Below are positions 9,726 to 17,408 of a stretch of DNA of 64,000 nucleotides, piece by piece (positions within the stretch are counted from its first letter, which is position 1; every line of letters begins with the position of its first letter). Made by a program: the position numbers and the translations under genes. This DNA is from Candidatus Latescibacterota bacterium (lineage in GTDB: Bacteria; Latescibacterota; UBA2968; UBA8231), in assembly GCA_965215195.1 (NCBI GenBank), contig CBDCDC010000001.1, positions 729,657 to 793,656 on the forward strand. Reading direction: 5' to 3'. Under the pieces are notes generated by a model. The model ran no database searches. It was not told the DNA's origin and was given only the letters and a program-made list of their open reading frames with translations.

Positions 9726-10558
9726 TACCCTTCCGTGAAGGCTATCTGCCATTCACCGTCAGCTACGATATAAAAGAAGTACTCCTTGCCGGGTTTGATT
9801 TCGGTTTGATATTCCTCGACACGGAACTGGCCTTCTTCTTCAAATAGAGTGCATTGGTGGGTTCCATCGGTACTGTAGGCGTAGGCGTAAAACCAGTCAC
9901 GACCTCTGTGGTGGATGTTGGTAAGCACTGGTCTGGAACCGGATTCACCGGGGCCTACGACATAGAGTCCTGCATCGCTGCTTTGAGCGAAGGTGTCATC
10001 CTCACCTACTAAGGGTAATGACTGTCCTATATTAGGCTGGATAAATCTGCAACTCCACCTGTCCCTAGACGTTACTTGTATTATATATGTGCCCGGTGGA
10101 AGGGCATTTTCGTTGTTTTTATTGACTTGTGCGATGCTATATGTGTTAAGTTTCCCATTGTAATCGACAGGTGTCCATACGATAGGCTGGCTTTCAGCTT
10201 CATCAGATGCGGCTGCTCCCGCAAAAAGTCCGGCCCCTCCTCCTATCAATGCTCCAGCTATTGTACCTACAACAGGTATAATACTACCTATGGCGGCTCC
10301 AGCGGCGGCTCCAGCGGCACCGCCGCCAATCGAAGAATCCGTGGTGGAATTTTCTCCTTGGATGAAATGTTCGGTAGAGACAAACTCTAGTCTAAAGTCG
10401 CCGTGGCCGTGATGTTCTATTGCTGCAATTACGACTCCTGGGGTCAAAGTGAATTCTTGGCTGACTTGAACCATGCCTTCTTGTATCTCACTATCTGTGA
10501 GGCCGGTGCCGTGCCAGTTTCCCTGATCGCCCCACAGGTTAAACGGATATTCACTCAT
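9722..10558 (-). CDS. hypothetical protein with a central glycine-zipper membrane segment flanked by two beta-rich domains
   Basis: GGGAAGAAAGAAIGSIIPVVGTIAGALIGGGAGLFAGAAAS lies in the middle. AAGGAG RBS 9 nt before ATG 10556..10558. Visibly lower GC than the flanks. Confidence 0.6.
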   Translation of the reverse strand: MSEYPFNLWGDQGNWHGTGLTDSEIQEGMVQVSQEFTLTPGVVIAAIEHHGHGDFRLEFVSTEHFIQGENSTTDSSIGGGAAGAAAGAAIGSIIPVVGTIAGALIGGGAGLFAGAAASDEAESQPIVWTPVDYNGKLNTYSIAQVNKNNENALPPGTYIIQVTSRDRWSCRFIQPNIGQSLPLVGEDDTFAQSSDAGLYVVGPGESGSRPVLTNIHHRGRDWFYAYAYSTDGTHQCTLFEEEGQFRVEEYQTEIKPGKEYFFYIVADGEWQIAFTEGY

Positions 10559-10586
10559 TGTGGTAATCTCCTTGATTTGTTTGGGA

Positions 10587-11789
10587 TTAGGCTGCTGCAA
10601 TTCGGTTTGCTTCCCACCGCATCAACGCCGATTTGCCGGTTTCGTAGGCGAATCTAGTGTGGCAGCGTGGGCTGCAAAAGTAAGTGCCCACCAAGTTGAG
10701 TGGATGGGGTAGGTCGTATGCACTTGATTCGCTTGCTTCCAAGATGCGTTTGAGAGCGTTGAAGCCATATAGGGCGAGTCCTATGGGCATCAAAATTGGG
10801 GCGAGAGTGGCGATGATAGGGCCGGCACCCGCACCAACTGCGATGGTCACGCCGACGCCGACTATTGCAGCAGATCCTGCATGTATGGCTATGGACTTCG
10901 CAGCGTCCTTGACGGCTTGTTCCCCGGTCTTATGGCCCTTCTGGTAGTGGATGTAGTTCTCTATGCTGGCGACAGGGGCTTCCAGTAATCCGGCTAATAG
11001 TCCTGATGTCGCGGCGGCCGTGGCGCATTCTCGCATTACGATTGTCGATGCGTCGAAGGCATTGTTAGCTTGGGCTGTAAACTGCTCCCAGCCATTCATG
11101 TCAGCATTGCCGCGAGCACGGTTGATACTGGCGTTTTCCCACAGGATGTTGCCGGTGTCAGTGGCTAGGTGGGGAGCGTTTTCTACAGAACGGATATGGC
11201 TGGCGTCCTTGCCTTGAAGGAACTGATCTACGGTGTTTTCGCCGTAGTTGCGGACGAACGAGGGCACCGATTCCTGATACAGAGCCTGAGCTTCGACAGC
11301 GGATCTGGTTCCATGTTCCGGGCGCAAGCCAGCATCCTGAAACTTCCTTTGCAGGCTGTCGGTGAGATTAGCGAAGGAGCCATCGGGTATGCCGCGTATG
11401 ATAGTACCAGCTGAGGCCGCAGCGGCTAGGCCGGCAACGTCGGATTTGGCCAGTATCCCGCTGTGGCTGTCCTCAGTCTGATTCGGCCAATCATAGTAAA
11501 TTTCCACTCCAGCTTTTTCACCCGCTCCAATCCGCCGGCCGCAGCGGGCGCAGGGCAGGCTGCGCGGCGTGTTGCCGATATTTCTGCCGGAATCGAGATG
11601 GCGAACGTAGCAGGCGTGTTTGCCGTGCCGCCAGCATTCGGGGCAGCCGATGCAGTAGTTTTTGAAATCGCTGCGGCTGACGCCGGCCGGAGTTTCCTCG
11701 GGCAACTCGGACAGGCACAACCGGCCGGGGTGAATGGTGTGCCGGCATTCCGTACAGCGCAGGCCGGGTTCGGCAATCATGGGCCACAT
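10587..11789 (-). CDS. hypothetical Zn-ribbon protein with an HNH-like motif and a C-terminal glycine-rich 2-TM region
   Basis: N-terminal Cys pairs (CTEC...CIGCPEC...CARC). Mid-protein GKDASHIRSVENAPHLATDTGNILWENASINRARGNADM fits an H...N...N beta-beta-alpha-Me-like pattern. Hydrophobic Gly/Ala-rich segments AIHAGSAAIVGVGVTIAVGAGAGPIIATLAPILMPIGLALYGF, and a terminal CSPRCH. Confidence 0.6.
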   Translation of the reverse strand: MWPMIAEPGLRCTECRHTIHPGRLCLSELPEETPAGVSRSDFKNYCIGCPECWRHGKHACYVRHLDSGRNIGNTPRSLPCARCGRRIGAGEKAGVEIYYDWPNQTEDSHSGILAKSDVAGLAAAASAGTIIRGIPDGSFANLTDSLQRKFQDAGLRPEHGTRSAVEAQALYQESVPSFVRNYGENTVDQFLQGKDASHIRSVENAPHLATDTGNILWENASINRARGNADMNGWEQFTAQANNAFDASTIVMRECATAAATSGLLAGLLEAPVASIENYIHYQKGHKTGEQAVKDAAKSIAIHAGSAAIVGVGVTIAVGAGAGPIIATLAPILMPIGLALYGFNALKRILEASESSAYDLPHPLNLVGTYFCSPRCHTRFAYETGKSALMRWEANRIAAA

Positions 11790-11911
11790 GGGGATCCTCG
11801 TTGGAGATGAGTGGGTTTTGCGCCGCCAAAGTAGAAAATCCGCCCGTATACGTCAAACATCTAAAGCGGATTCAAGCGTTTTCGTTTATTCCTCGTCAGC
11901 ACGGCCCAATG

Positions 11912-12922
11912 CTATCCCACCAATTCCTCCCCGTAGGCGAATAGAAGCGGCGTTCCGCCGGTGTGGACGAAGACGATGTTGGCGCTGTCGCGGAAACGCC
12001 CTTGGCGCACCTGATCAATTAGGCAGGCCAATCCCTTGCCCGAATAGGTGGGATCGACGAAGATGCCCTCGCTTTGGGCGAGGAGGCGGATGCTGTCGAG
12101 CGTGGCGCGGTCCAAATGGCCGAAGCCCGGGCCGACGTACTCGTCGGTCACGACGATGCGTTGCGGGTCGGGCGCGCATTCGAGGCCGAGGTGGGCTGCA
12201 GCTTCCACAGCGGCTTGCGCGATGCGCTCAGACACTCCTTCGCGCTGGCTCAGCTTGCTCTGGGGGGTGCCGAGGAAGCGGGCCGAGCGCCCCAAGAGGG
12301 AAAAGCCGGCTACCAGCCCGGCTAAGCTGGTCCCCCCTGACCCGACTACCACGTCGTCGGCTTGGACGCCGGCGGCGCACAGTTGGGTTTCGATTTCCAA
12401 TGCACATTGGATGTAGGCGATGCGCGACAACAGCCCGGACAGGCCGGTGAAAGGCTTGTATCCTTCTGCTTTGAGTCGCTCAGTTTCCTCGGCTATGGCT
12501 GCGCCAATGCGCTCGGGCCGGGCAAAGCGAATGCGCACCCCGCATAGCTGGTCTAAAAGGTAGTTGCCTTGGGCCGGCGACTTGCGCCCCATGATGGAAT
12601 CGTCCTCGCGCAGGACGACGACGCCCTTGAGGCCGAGCTGGGCGCAGGCCGCGGCGAATTGGCGGCAGTGATTGGACTGGACGACCGCGCTCAGCACGGC
12701 CGCATCGCACCCTTGGGCCGTGGCCTCGGCGAGGGTGAATTCGAGGTAGCGGGACTTGTTGCCGCCAAAGGCGAGGCCGGTCAGATCGTCGCGCTTGATC
12801 CATATTTGTGGCCCCCCGAGCGCGGCCGACAGCCGCGGACAGTGCTGTAAGGGCGTTGGCAAATGCGTCAGGCAATGGCGGGGCAGCGCGTCAATGGCGC
12901 GTTGGACTGCTTGGAGGTCCAT
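11912..12922 (-). CDS. PLP-dependent D-cysteine desulfhydrase / ACC deaminase family enzyme
   Basis: PTPLQHCPRLS...IWIKRDDLTGLAFGGNKSRYLEF (PLP lysine context) and a C-terminal VFVHTGG. I placed the start at M102 of the ORF (AAGGA RBS). The upstream ORF extension is the translated heptamer repeat. Confidence 0.8.
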   Translation of the reverse strand: MDLQAVQRAIDALPRHCLTHLPTPLQHCPRLSAALGGPQIWIKRDDLTGLAFGGNKSRYLEFTLAEATAQGCDAAVLSAVVQSNHCRQFAAACAQLGLKGVVVLREDDSIMGRKSPAQGNYLLDQLCGVRIRFARPERIGAAIAEETERLKAEGYKPFTGLSGLLSRIAYIQCALEIETQLCAAGVQADDVVVGSGGTSLAGLVAGFSLLGRSARFLGTPQSKLSQREGVSERIAQAAVEAAAHLGLECAPDPQRIVVTDEYVGPGFGHLDRATLDSIRLLAQSEGIFVDPTYSGKGLACLIDQVRQGRFRDSANIVFVHTGGTPLLFAYGEELVG

Positions 12923-12942
12923 GGTTGTTCCTTGGCTACAGC

Positions 12943-13047
12943 GTTGCGAGTTGCGAGTTGCGAGTTGCGAGTTGCGAGTTGCGAGTTGCGAGTTGCGAAT
13001 TACGAGTTGCGAGTTGCGAATTACGAGTTGCGAAGTGCGAGTTGCGA
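12943..13047. repeat. 15-unit heptanucleotide tandem repeat: (GTTGCGA)8 followed by units varying as ATTACGA/AGTGCGA
   Basis: Counted directly. There are 8 perfect GTTGCGA units at 12943..12998, then ATTACGA, 2x GTTGCGA, ATTACGA, GTTGCGA, AGTGCGA, GTTGCGA. The repeat starts 20 nt upstream of the start codon at 12922. Confidence 0.95.
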
Positions 13048-13339
13048 AATGGTTTTCCCGACGTGCGGGACCCAAATAGGCCGTTCTGGATGCCTGCGCA
13101 AGCAGGCATGACCCTAAGAAGCGGTCTGAAATTCCGGGTCCCGTGTGTGCAGAAAACAATCTAGGAGCGAGGGCGTCTCGCCCTCGATAACCGCTCCCTC
13201 CGAGGGCCCCTTGACCGCTGCTCAACGCGGTCCGCCGAGGGCTTGTCGCGCCTAAAGGCGCGGTGAAGCAGACCGCTTCTAAGACGCGCCTGTCTCAACG
13301 CTGCAAAAATAAAAATGGGATAACGCTCTGTGCTTGTCC

Positions 13340-14512
13340 CTATTTCCACAGATGGCGGTGCGTACCGATCCATTCGAGGTGGGCGCGGCGGATGAGTCCG
13401 TAGTTGTAGAAGGCGTACCCATCGACGCCCGCTTGGCCGAGCGCGGTCAGGTGCGCACCGAGCGCATCGCCATCGGCGAATCCCGTAGGGTTGACGATGG
13501 CGCTCAGGCCGGTATCGGCCGGGAATTGGCCGCGCAGAGCGCGGACGCTAGCGGCTAGCGCGTCCGGCTCGCCGCCCACGCCGGCGTTGACCATGTACGC
13601 GTTGCGGAGGACGCGATCCGAATCAAGCCCGTTGACGGCCCGGTCGCGGCCTCCGAAGAACGAGGCGCGCGCACCGGCTTGACCTGCAATGGCAACGGTT
13701 TCCTCCACCAGCGAAGTCGCCGTTTCGACGCGGGCGTCGAGAAAGGTCTGCAAGCGGCCGGAAAAGGCGGCGGCGAGGCATTCGGCGCTCGGGGGCTGCA
13801 TGTCTGCCGGGGCAGGCTCAGAGGCGAGTTCGCGGGCGAGGAACTCGGCCACATCGGCGCGAAAGTACTCCCCGTCCAAACCGAGGGCCCCGGCCCGCTG
13901 CAAGCAGTGCCGACAGTAGCACAGCCCCATCAACAGCTCGCAAAAGGGCGTGATTTTTACGCCGACCTTGGGATTGCGGAACCCGTAGCTGAAGTGCAGG
14001 TAGCCCAGCGATTCGAGGTGGAACTCGTCCGGCTGGAACTGGGCGGCTATATCGCGGCAGAGTGCGCGAGCGTAGTCGCGGACTAGGGGGCTGGCCGGGC
14101 ATAGCTGGGCGAAGTTGCCGTGCCCAAAGGGATCGCGTTTGGCCGCATCTGGATAGCGCTGGGGCAGGTAGTGGTTGTAGTTGAAGACCAGCCAACTCGT
14201 CAGGTCGAGGCCGCGCTTCCTGATTTTATCCGCGATCCGGCGCATGTAATCCGGGCCATCAACGACGTTGCTGATCAGGGGTGAGATTGGGCTCTCGTCG
14301 TAAAAGGCGGCGGATGGCTCAAAGTAGATCGCGCCTTCTTCTCCCCAGTAGAGGGGCCGCCGGGGATTGTGCGGCAAAAAATACGTCGATACGTGGTAGC
14401 TCTGGGCCAAGCTGACGCTGTTGAGGCCGGCTGTGTGGGCGATGGTGTCTAGGGCCGAGTCAATGCCCTCGTCCGTCAAGTCCCAAGGGTACGTGTATAT
14501 GGTCGCTCGCAT
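13340..14512 (-). CDS. hypothetical protein (possible TIM-barrel / glycoside-hydrolase-like fold)
   Basis: Long ORF with good coding appearance. The start MRATIYTYPWDL overlaps the upstream stop by 1 nt (TGATG). I recognised no family confidently. Confidence 0.55.
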   Translation of the reverse strand: MRATIYTYPWDLTDEGIDSALDTIAHTAGLNSVSLAQSYHVSTYFLPHNPRRPLYWGEEGAIYFEPSAAFYDESPISPLISNVVDGPDYMRRIADKIRKRGLDLTSWLVFNYNHYLPQRYPDAAKRDPFGHGNFAQLCPASPLVRDYARALCRDIAAQFQPDEFHLESLGYLHFSYGFRNPKVGVKITPFCELLMGLCYCRHCLQRAGALGLDGEYFRADVAEFLARELASEPAPADMQPPSAECLAAAFSGRLQTFLDARVETATSLVEETVAIAGQAGARASFFGGRDRAVNGLDSDRVLRNAYMVNAGVGGEPDALAASVRALRGQFPADTGLSAIVNPTGFADGDALGAHLTALGQAGVDGYAFYNYGLIRRAHLEWIGTHRHLWK

Positions 14513-16113
14513 CACATTCCCCACACCGCGACCGGTGCGCCGCCTTCGGTTTCCTCGCGGCGATACACCTTGTCGTCCCACGACTTGCCCTCGGTGCGGT
14601 CAAAGAGCACGAGGTGCCCTTCCGCTGCCGCGCAGCAGTCCATGTAGGCCCGCGTCTGCTCGAGCCCTTCGCGCAGGGTCCGCTCAAAGCCCCGATACAG
14701 CACCTTGCACTCGATGACCACCTTCTGCGTCCTGCCGGTATCCCCGCCCACCGGCCACACCAGCAGCAAATCCGTGCGCTGGCGACCCAAGCCGTACTCG
14801 CGCTCGATGCGCCCGCCGCTGTTGACGATGCGCTGCAAAAACGCCTGTAGCAGCAACTGCGGACCGGCCTCCTTGTACTGGAAGCGCTCCACCCAGTGCT
14901 CGGAGTGCTCGCGGAAGAACTCTTGGAACGCGGCCAGCAGCTTGCCCACCTGTAGGGTGCCGACGGCATCGACGTACCAGGCCGGGTCGTGATGAATCGA
15001 CATTTGCTGGGTCGTCCAAGTGAGGTCGCGTGGGATCACCTCGCGGTAGATCGGGTTGGCGATGGCGACGGGGCCGTCCTGTGCCAACAGGCCCAAGTCG
15101 CGCACGTATTGCAGGTCATCGGGGGCAAGCGAGCCGGCGTCGGTGCCGCTCAGCAGCGGTTCGATCACCCTTCGCACCCGTTCCTCTTGGAGCTTGTCGG
15201 TGAGTTGATCGAGGTGGGTCTCGCGGCGCAGGATCAACTGCTCGCGGGCGTCTTGGATGGCGTCGGCAGTCACGGCCCGGCCGCGGTCGCGCCCGGCCTT
15301 GTTCTTGAAGCAGGCTTCGTAGGCGAGGGCGTTGACCAGCCATGGCTGGCCTTGGGTCAGCTCCCATATCGCGGTACGCGCCTCCTCGGCGAAGGCTTGG
15401 CCGGTCTCTGCGGTGTGCTGCCCCAGCAGCGATTTGACATCGTCGAGGGAGAAATCCCCCAAGCGCAGCGACTCGGCGCGGATGTTGAAGGCGCTGCCGC
15501 CGGCGATGATGGCGTTTTCGGCCGACGACCGAATGCGGTAATCGCGCACGTCGCGCACCCCACACAGGATAACGCTCTGGGGGAAGCGGCGCGGGCGGTC
15601 TGGGTAGCCGGCGCGCAATTGCCGCAGCACCGCCAGCAGGCTGTCGCCGATTAGTGCGTCGATCTCGTCGATCATGAGCACTAGTGGCTTGGCGTCCGAC
15701 TCGGCCCAGCGAGCAAGGGTCTCCCCGAGCGCGTCGTTGGGGCCAGCGTCGTCGAGGATACCGGGCCAGATGTCAGCGACGAACAAGTCATCGAGCGCGT
15801 GGCGCGCCCCGCGAGCCAGCGCACTGAGAATCGCCCGCATGGCCGCGGCCACATCCTCCCGCGCCGACTGGCCTACCTCGACGTTGACATAGGCGCAACG
15901 GAACTCGCCGCTGGCGTTGAGCTCGTCTCTTAGTGCCAACAGAGCGGAGGTCTTGCCGGTCTGGCGCGGCGCGTGCAGGACGAAGTACTTTTCCTGCCGG
16001 ATGAGCTGTAGGAGATCGTCGGCGTCGATCCGCGCTAGGGGAGGGATGTGGTAGTGCATCTCCGTCTTGATGGGACCGGCGGTGTTGAAGAAACGCATGG
16101 TTGTTGTCGTCAT
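14512..16113 (-). CDS. AAA-ATPase_like + PD-(D/E)XK (PDDEXK_9-type) protein
   Basis: MRFFNTAGPIKTEMHYHIPP N-terminus, Walker A HAPRQTGKTS, Walker B LVLMIDEID, and a C-terminal nuclease-like RTDLLLVWP...VVIECKV. Confidence 0.8.
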   Translation of the reverse strand: MTTTTMRFFNTAGPIKTEMHYHIPPLARIDADDLLQLIRQEKYFVLHAPRQTGKTSALLALRDELNASGEFRCAYVNVEVGQSAREDVAAAMRAILSALARGARHALDDLFVADIWPGILDDAGPNDALGETLARWAESDAKPLVLMIDEIDALIGDSLLAVLRQLRAGYPDRPRRFPQSVILCGVRDVRDYRIRSSAENAIIAGGSAFNIRAESLRLGDFSLDDVKSLLGQHTAETGQAFAEEARTAIWELTQGQPWLVNALAYEACFKNKAGRDRGRAVTADAIQDAREQLILRRETHLDQLTDKLQEERVRRVIEPLLSGTDAGSLAPDDLQYVRDLGLLAQDGPVAIANPIYREVIPRDLTWTTQQMSIHHDPAWYVDAVGTLQVGKLLAAFQEFFREHSEHWVERFQYKEAGPQLLLQAFLQRIVNSGGRIEREYGLGRQRTDLLLVWPVGGDTGRTQKVVIECKVLYRGFERTLREGLEQTRAYMDCCAAAEGHLVLFDRTEGKSWDDKVYRREETEGGAPVAVWGM

Positions 16114-16652
16114 TGGTCGCGACTCCTTTTGACTTGGCTATTAACTCGTCCACGTCGATCCGCTCGGGTGGCGGCCTTAATATGGCGGCGGCACTGAGCA
16201 CTCTTGAAGGCGTGGATTTCGTTGCTCTCGTTGACGGTGACAATCACGGAGTACGCTTGCCTGATGGCCTCCGGGAGGTGGCGGCCAGCCGCCTCGGACT
16301 GAATCGCACGGCCCTTGTCCAGTTCGCCCTCGAGGATCGGCCGCCATTCTTGGTGCTTGCCGGTATCCGGGTCAACGCTGGCAAAGGAAATTGGCGATAT
16401 TCTCCTCATATGGTACGGAAAGCGTCTTTGAGACGCCGGGCAAGCCCATTCGGACTGGCCACTAGGACCGTATTTGCCGCCGGTGATCTCCGCCAGCATG
16501 TAGCCGCGGCCGATGCCGTGTAGAAAGCGGAAGGCGTCGCGGATGTTGCTCTTACCGCTGGCGTTTGCGCCTACGATTACGGTGAACGGGCCGATGCGGA
16601 GCGTTTCGTCGGCGAAATTCTTGAAATTCACGAGGCGAATCGACGTAATCAT
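16110..16652 (-). pseudogene. chimeric fragment: N-terminus of an SMC/ABC-type (AAA_15/21-like) ATPase fused to a duplicated DUF499-gene segment
   Basis: MITSIRLVNFKNFADETLRIGPFTVIVGANASGKSNIRDAF (Walker A) is followed after about 85 aa by SFASVDPDTGKHQEWRPILEGELDKGRAIQSEAAG. That peptide is identical to a segment of the 17409..19145 product. Confidence 0.6.
16283..16389. repeat. 107-bp direct repeat, copy 1 (partner at 17774..17880)
   Basis: GGCCAGCCGCCTCGGACTGAATCGCACGG...GGTCAACGCTGGCAAAGGAA is identical by eye at both loci. Confidence 0.9.
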
Positions 16653-16726
16653 CGGACTTTCTCCGGTTGACTATTTACTCGATACTCGCCTTCGATAGGC
16701 TCTAGTTCACGCTTATCCTCCGTGCG

Positions 16727-17029
16727 TTAGGTCTGCACAGCCTCGCGGTTCTTGAGTGTTGGTAGGGCTCTAATGCCCTCGCCTATCTTCTCTTCAGCAA
16801 TCCGCAACTCATAGAGCTTCTGCAAATTCAGCCAGAACTCTGCACTGGTATCGAAAAAATGAGCCAACCTCAGGGCCGTATCGCCAGTGATTGCACATCG
16901 CCCGTTGAGGATTTCGGTGATTCGGTTGGCGGGCACCTCAATCTGTCGTGCGAGTGATGCTGCGCTCATGTCGAGTTCTCTCAACTCCTCGGCGAGGTGT
17001 TCCCCTGGATGAATTGGGGGTATGGTCAT
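16727..17029 (-). CDS. higA: HigA-family antitoxin (XRE HTH)
   Basis: MTIPPIHPGEHLAEELRELDMSAASLARQIEVPANRITEILNGRCAITGDTALRLAHFF is the canonical HigA/VapI pattern. It lies immediately downstream of the higB-like gene. Confidence 0.8.
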   Translation of the reverse strand: MTIPPIHPGEHLAEELRELDMSAASLARQIEVPANRITEILNGRCAITGDTALRLAHFFDTSAEFWLNLQKLYELRIAEEKIGEGIRALPTLKNREAVQT

Positions 17030-17040
17030 AACTGTTCTCC

Positions 17041-17326
17041 TTAGTGGTAGTCTACGATTTCCACGCTCGTTGGCCCTGAGTGTTCTCGTCGCCACTCGAA
17101 GCAGAGCCGCCATTGGTCGTTGATGCGGATGCTGTACTGGCCTTTTCGATCCCCTTTCAAGGTTTCAAAATGGTTGCCCGGCAATGCAGCCAAGTCCCTG
17201 AGTGAAGAGGCCGCCTCCAGTCGGTCAAATCTTCAGCCGTGCGGCGCGTTCGATGCCAGAGAAGGCCCTGACCCGCTTTCCGGCAGCGAAATTTCTGGTT
17301 CGCTTGTCGCGATAGCTAACGATCAT
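17041..17326 (-). pseudogene. higB: HigB-family toxin with a 1-nt frameshift near 17225
   Basis: MIVSYRDKRTRNFAAGKRVRAFSGIERAARLK stops at 17225. The next frame continues RFDRLEAASSLRDLAALPGNHFETLKGDRKGQYSIRINDQWRLCFEWRREHSGPTSVEIVDYH*. Confidence 0.75.
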
Positions 17327-17408
17327 TACACCCATCCAAGTTGAAGCTGCCGCTGTCTCGGCAAGGCACTTACGGGTCGTAGGGTTCACATGTTGCGAGA
17401 GCGACTCT

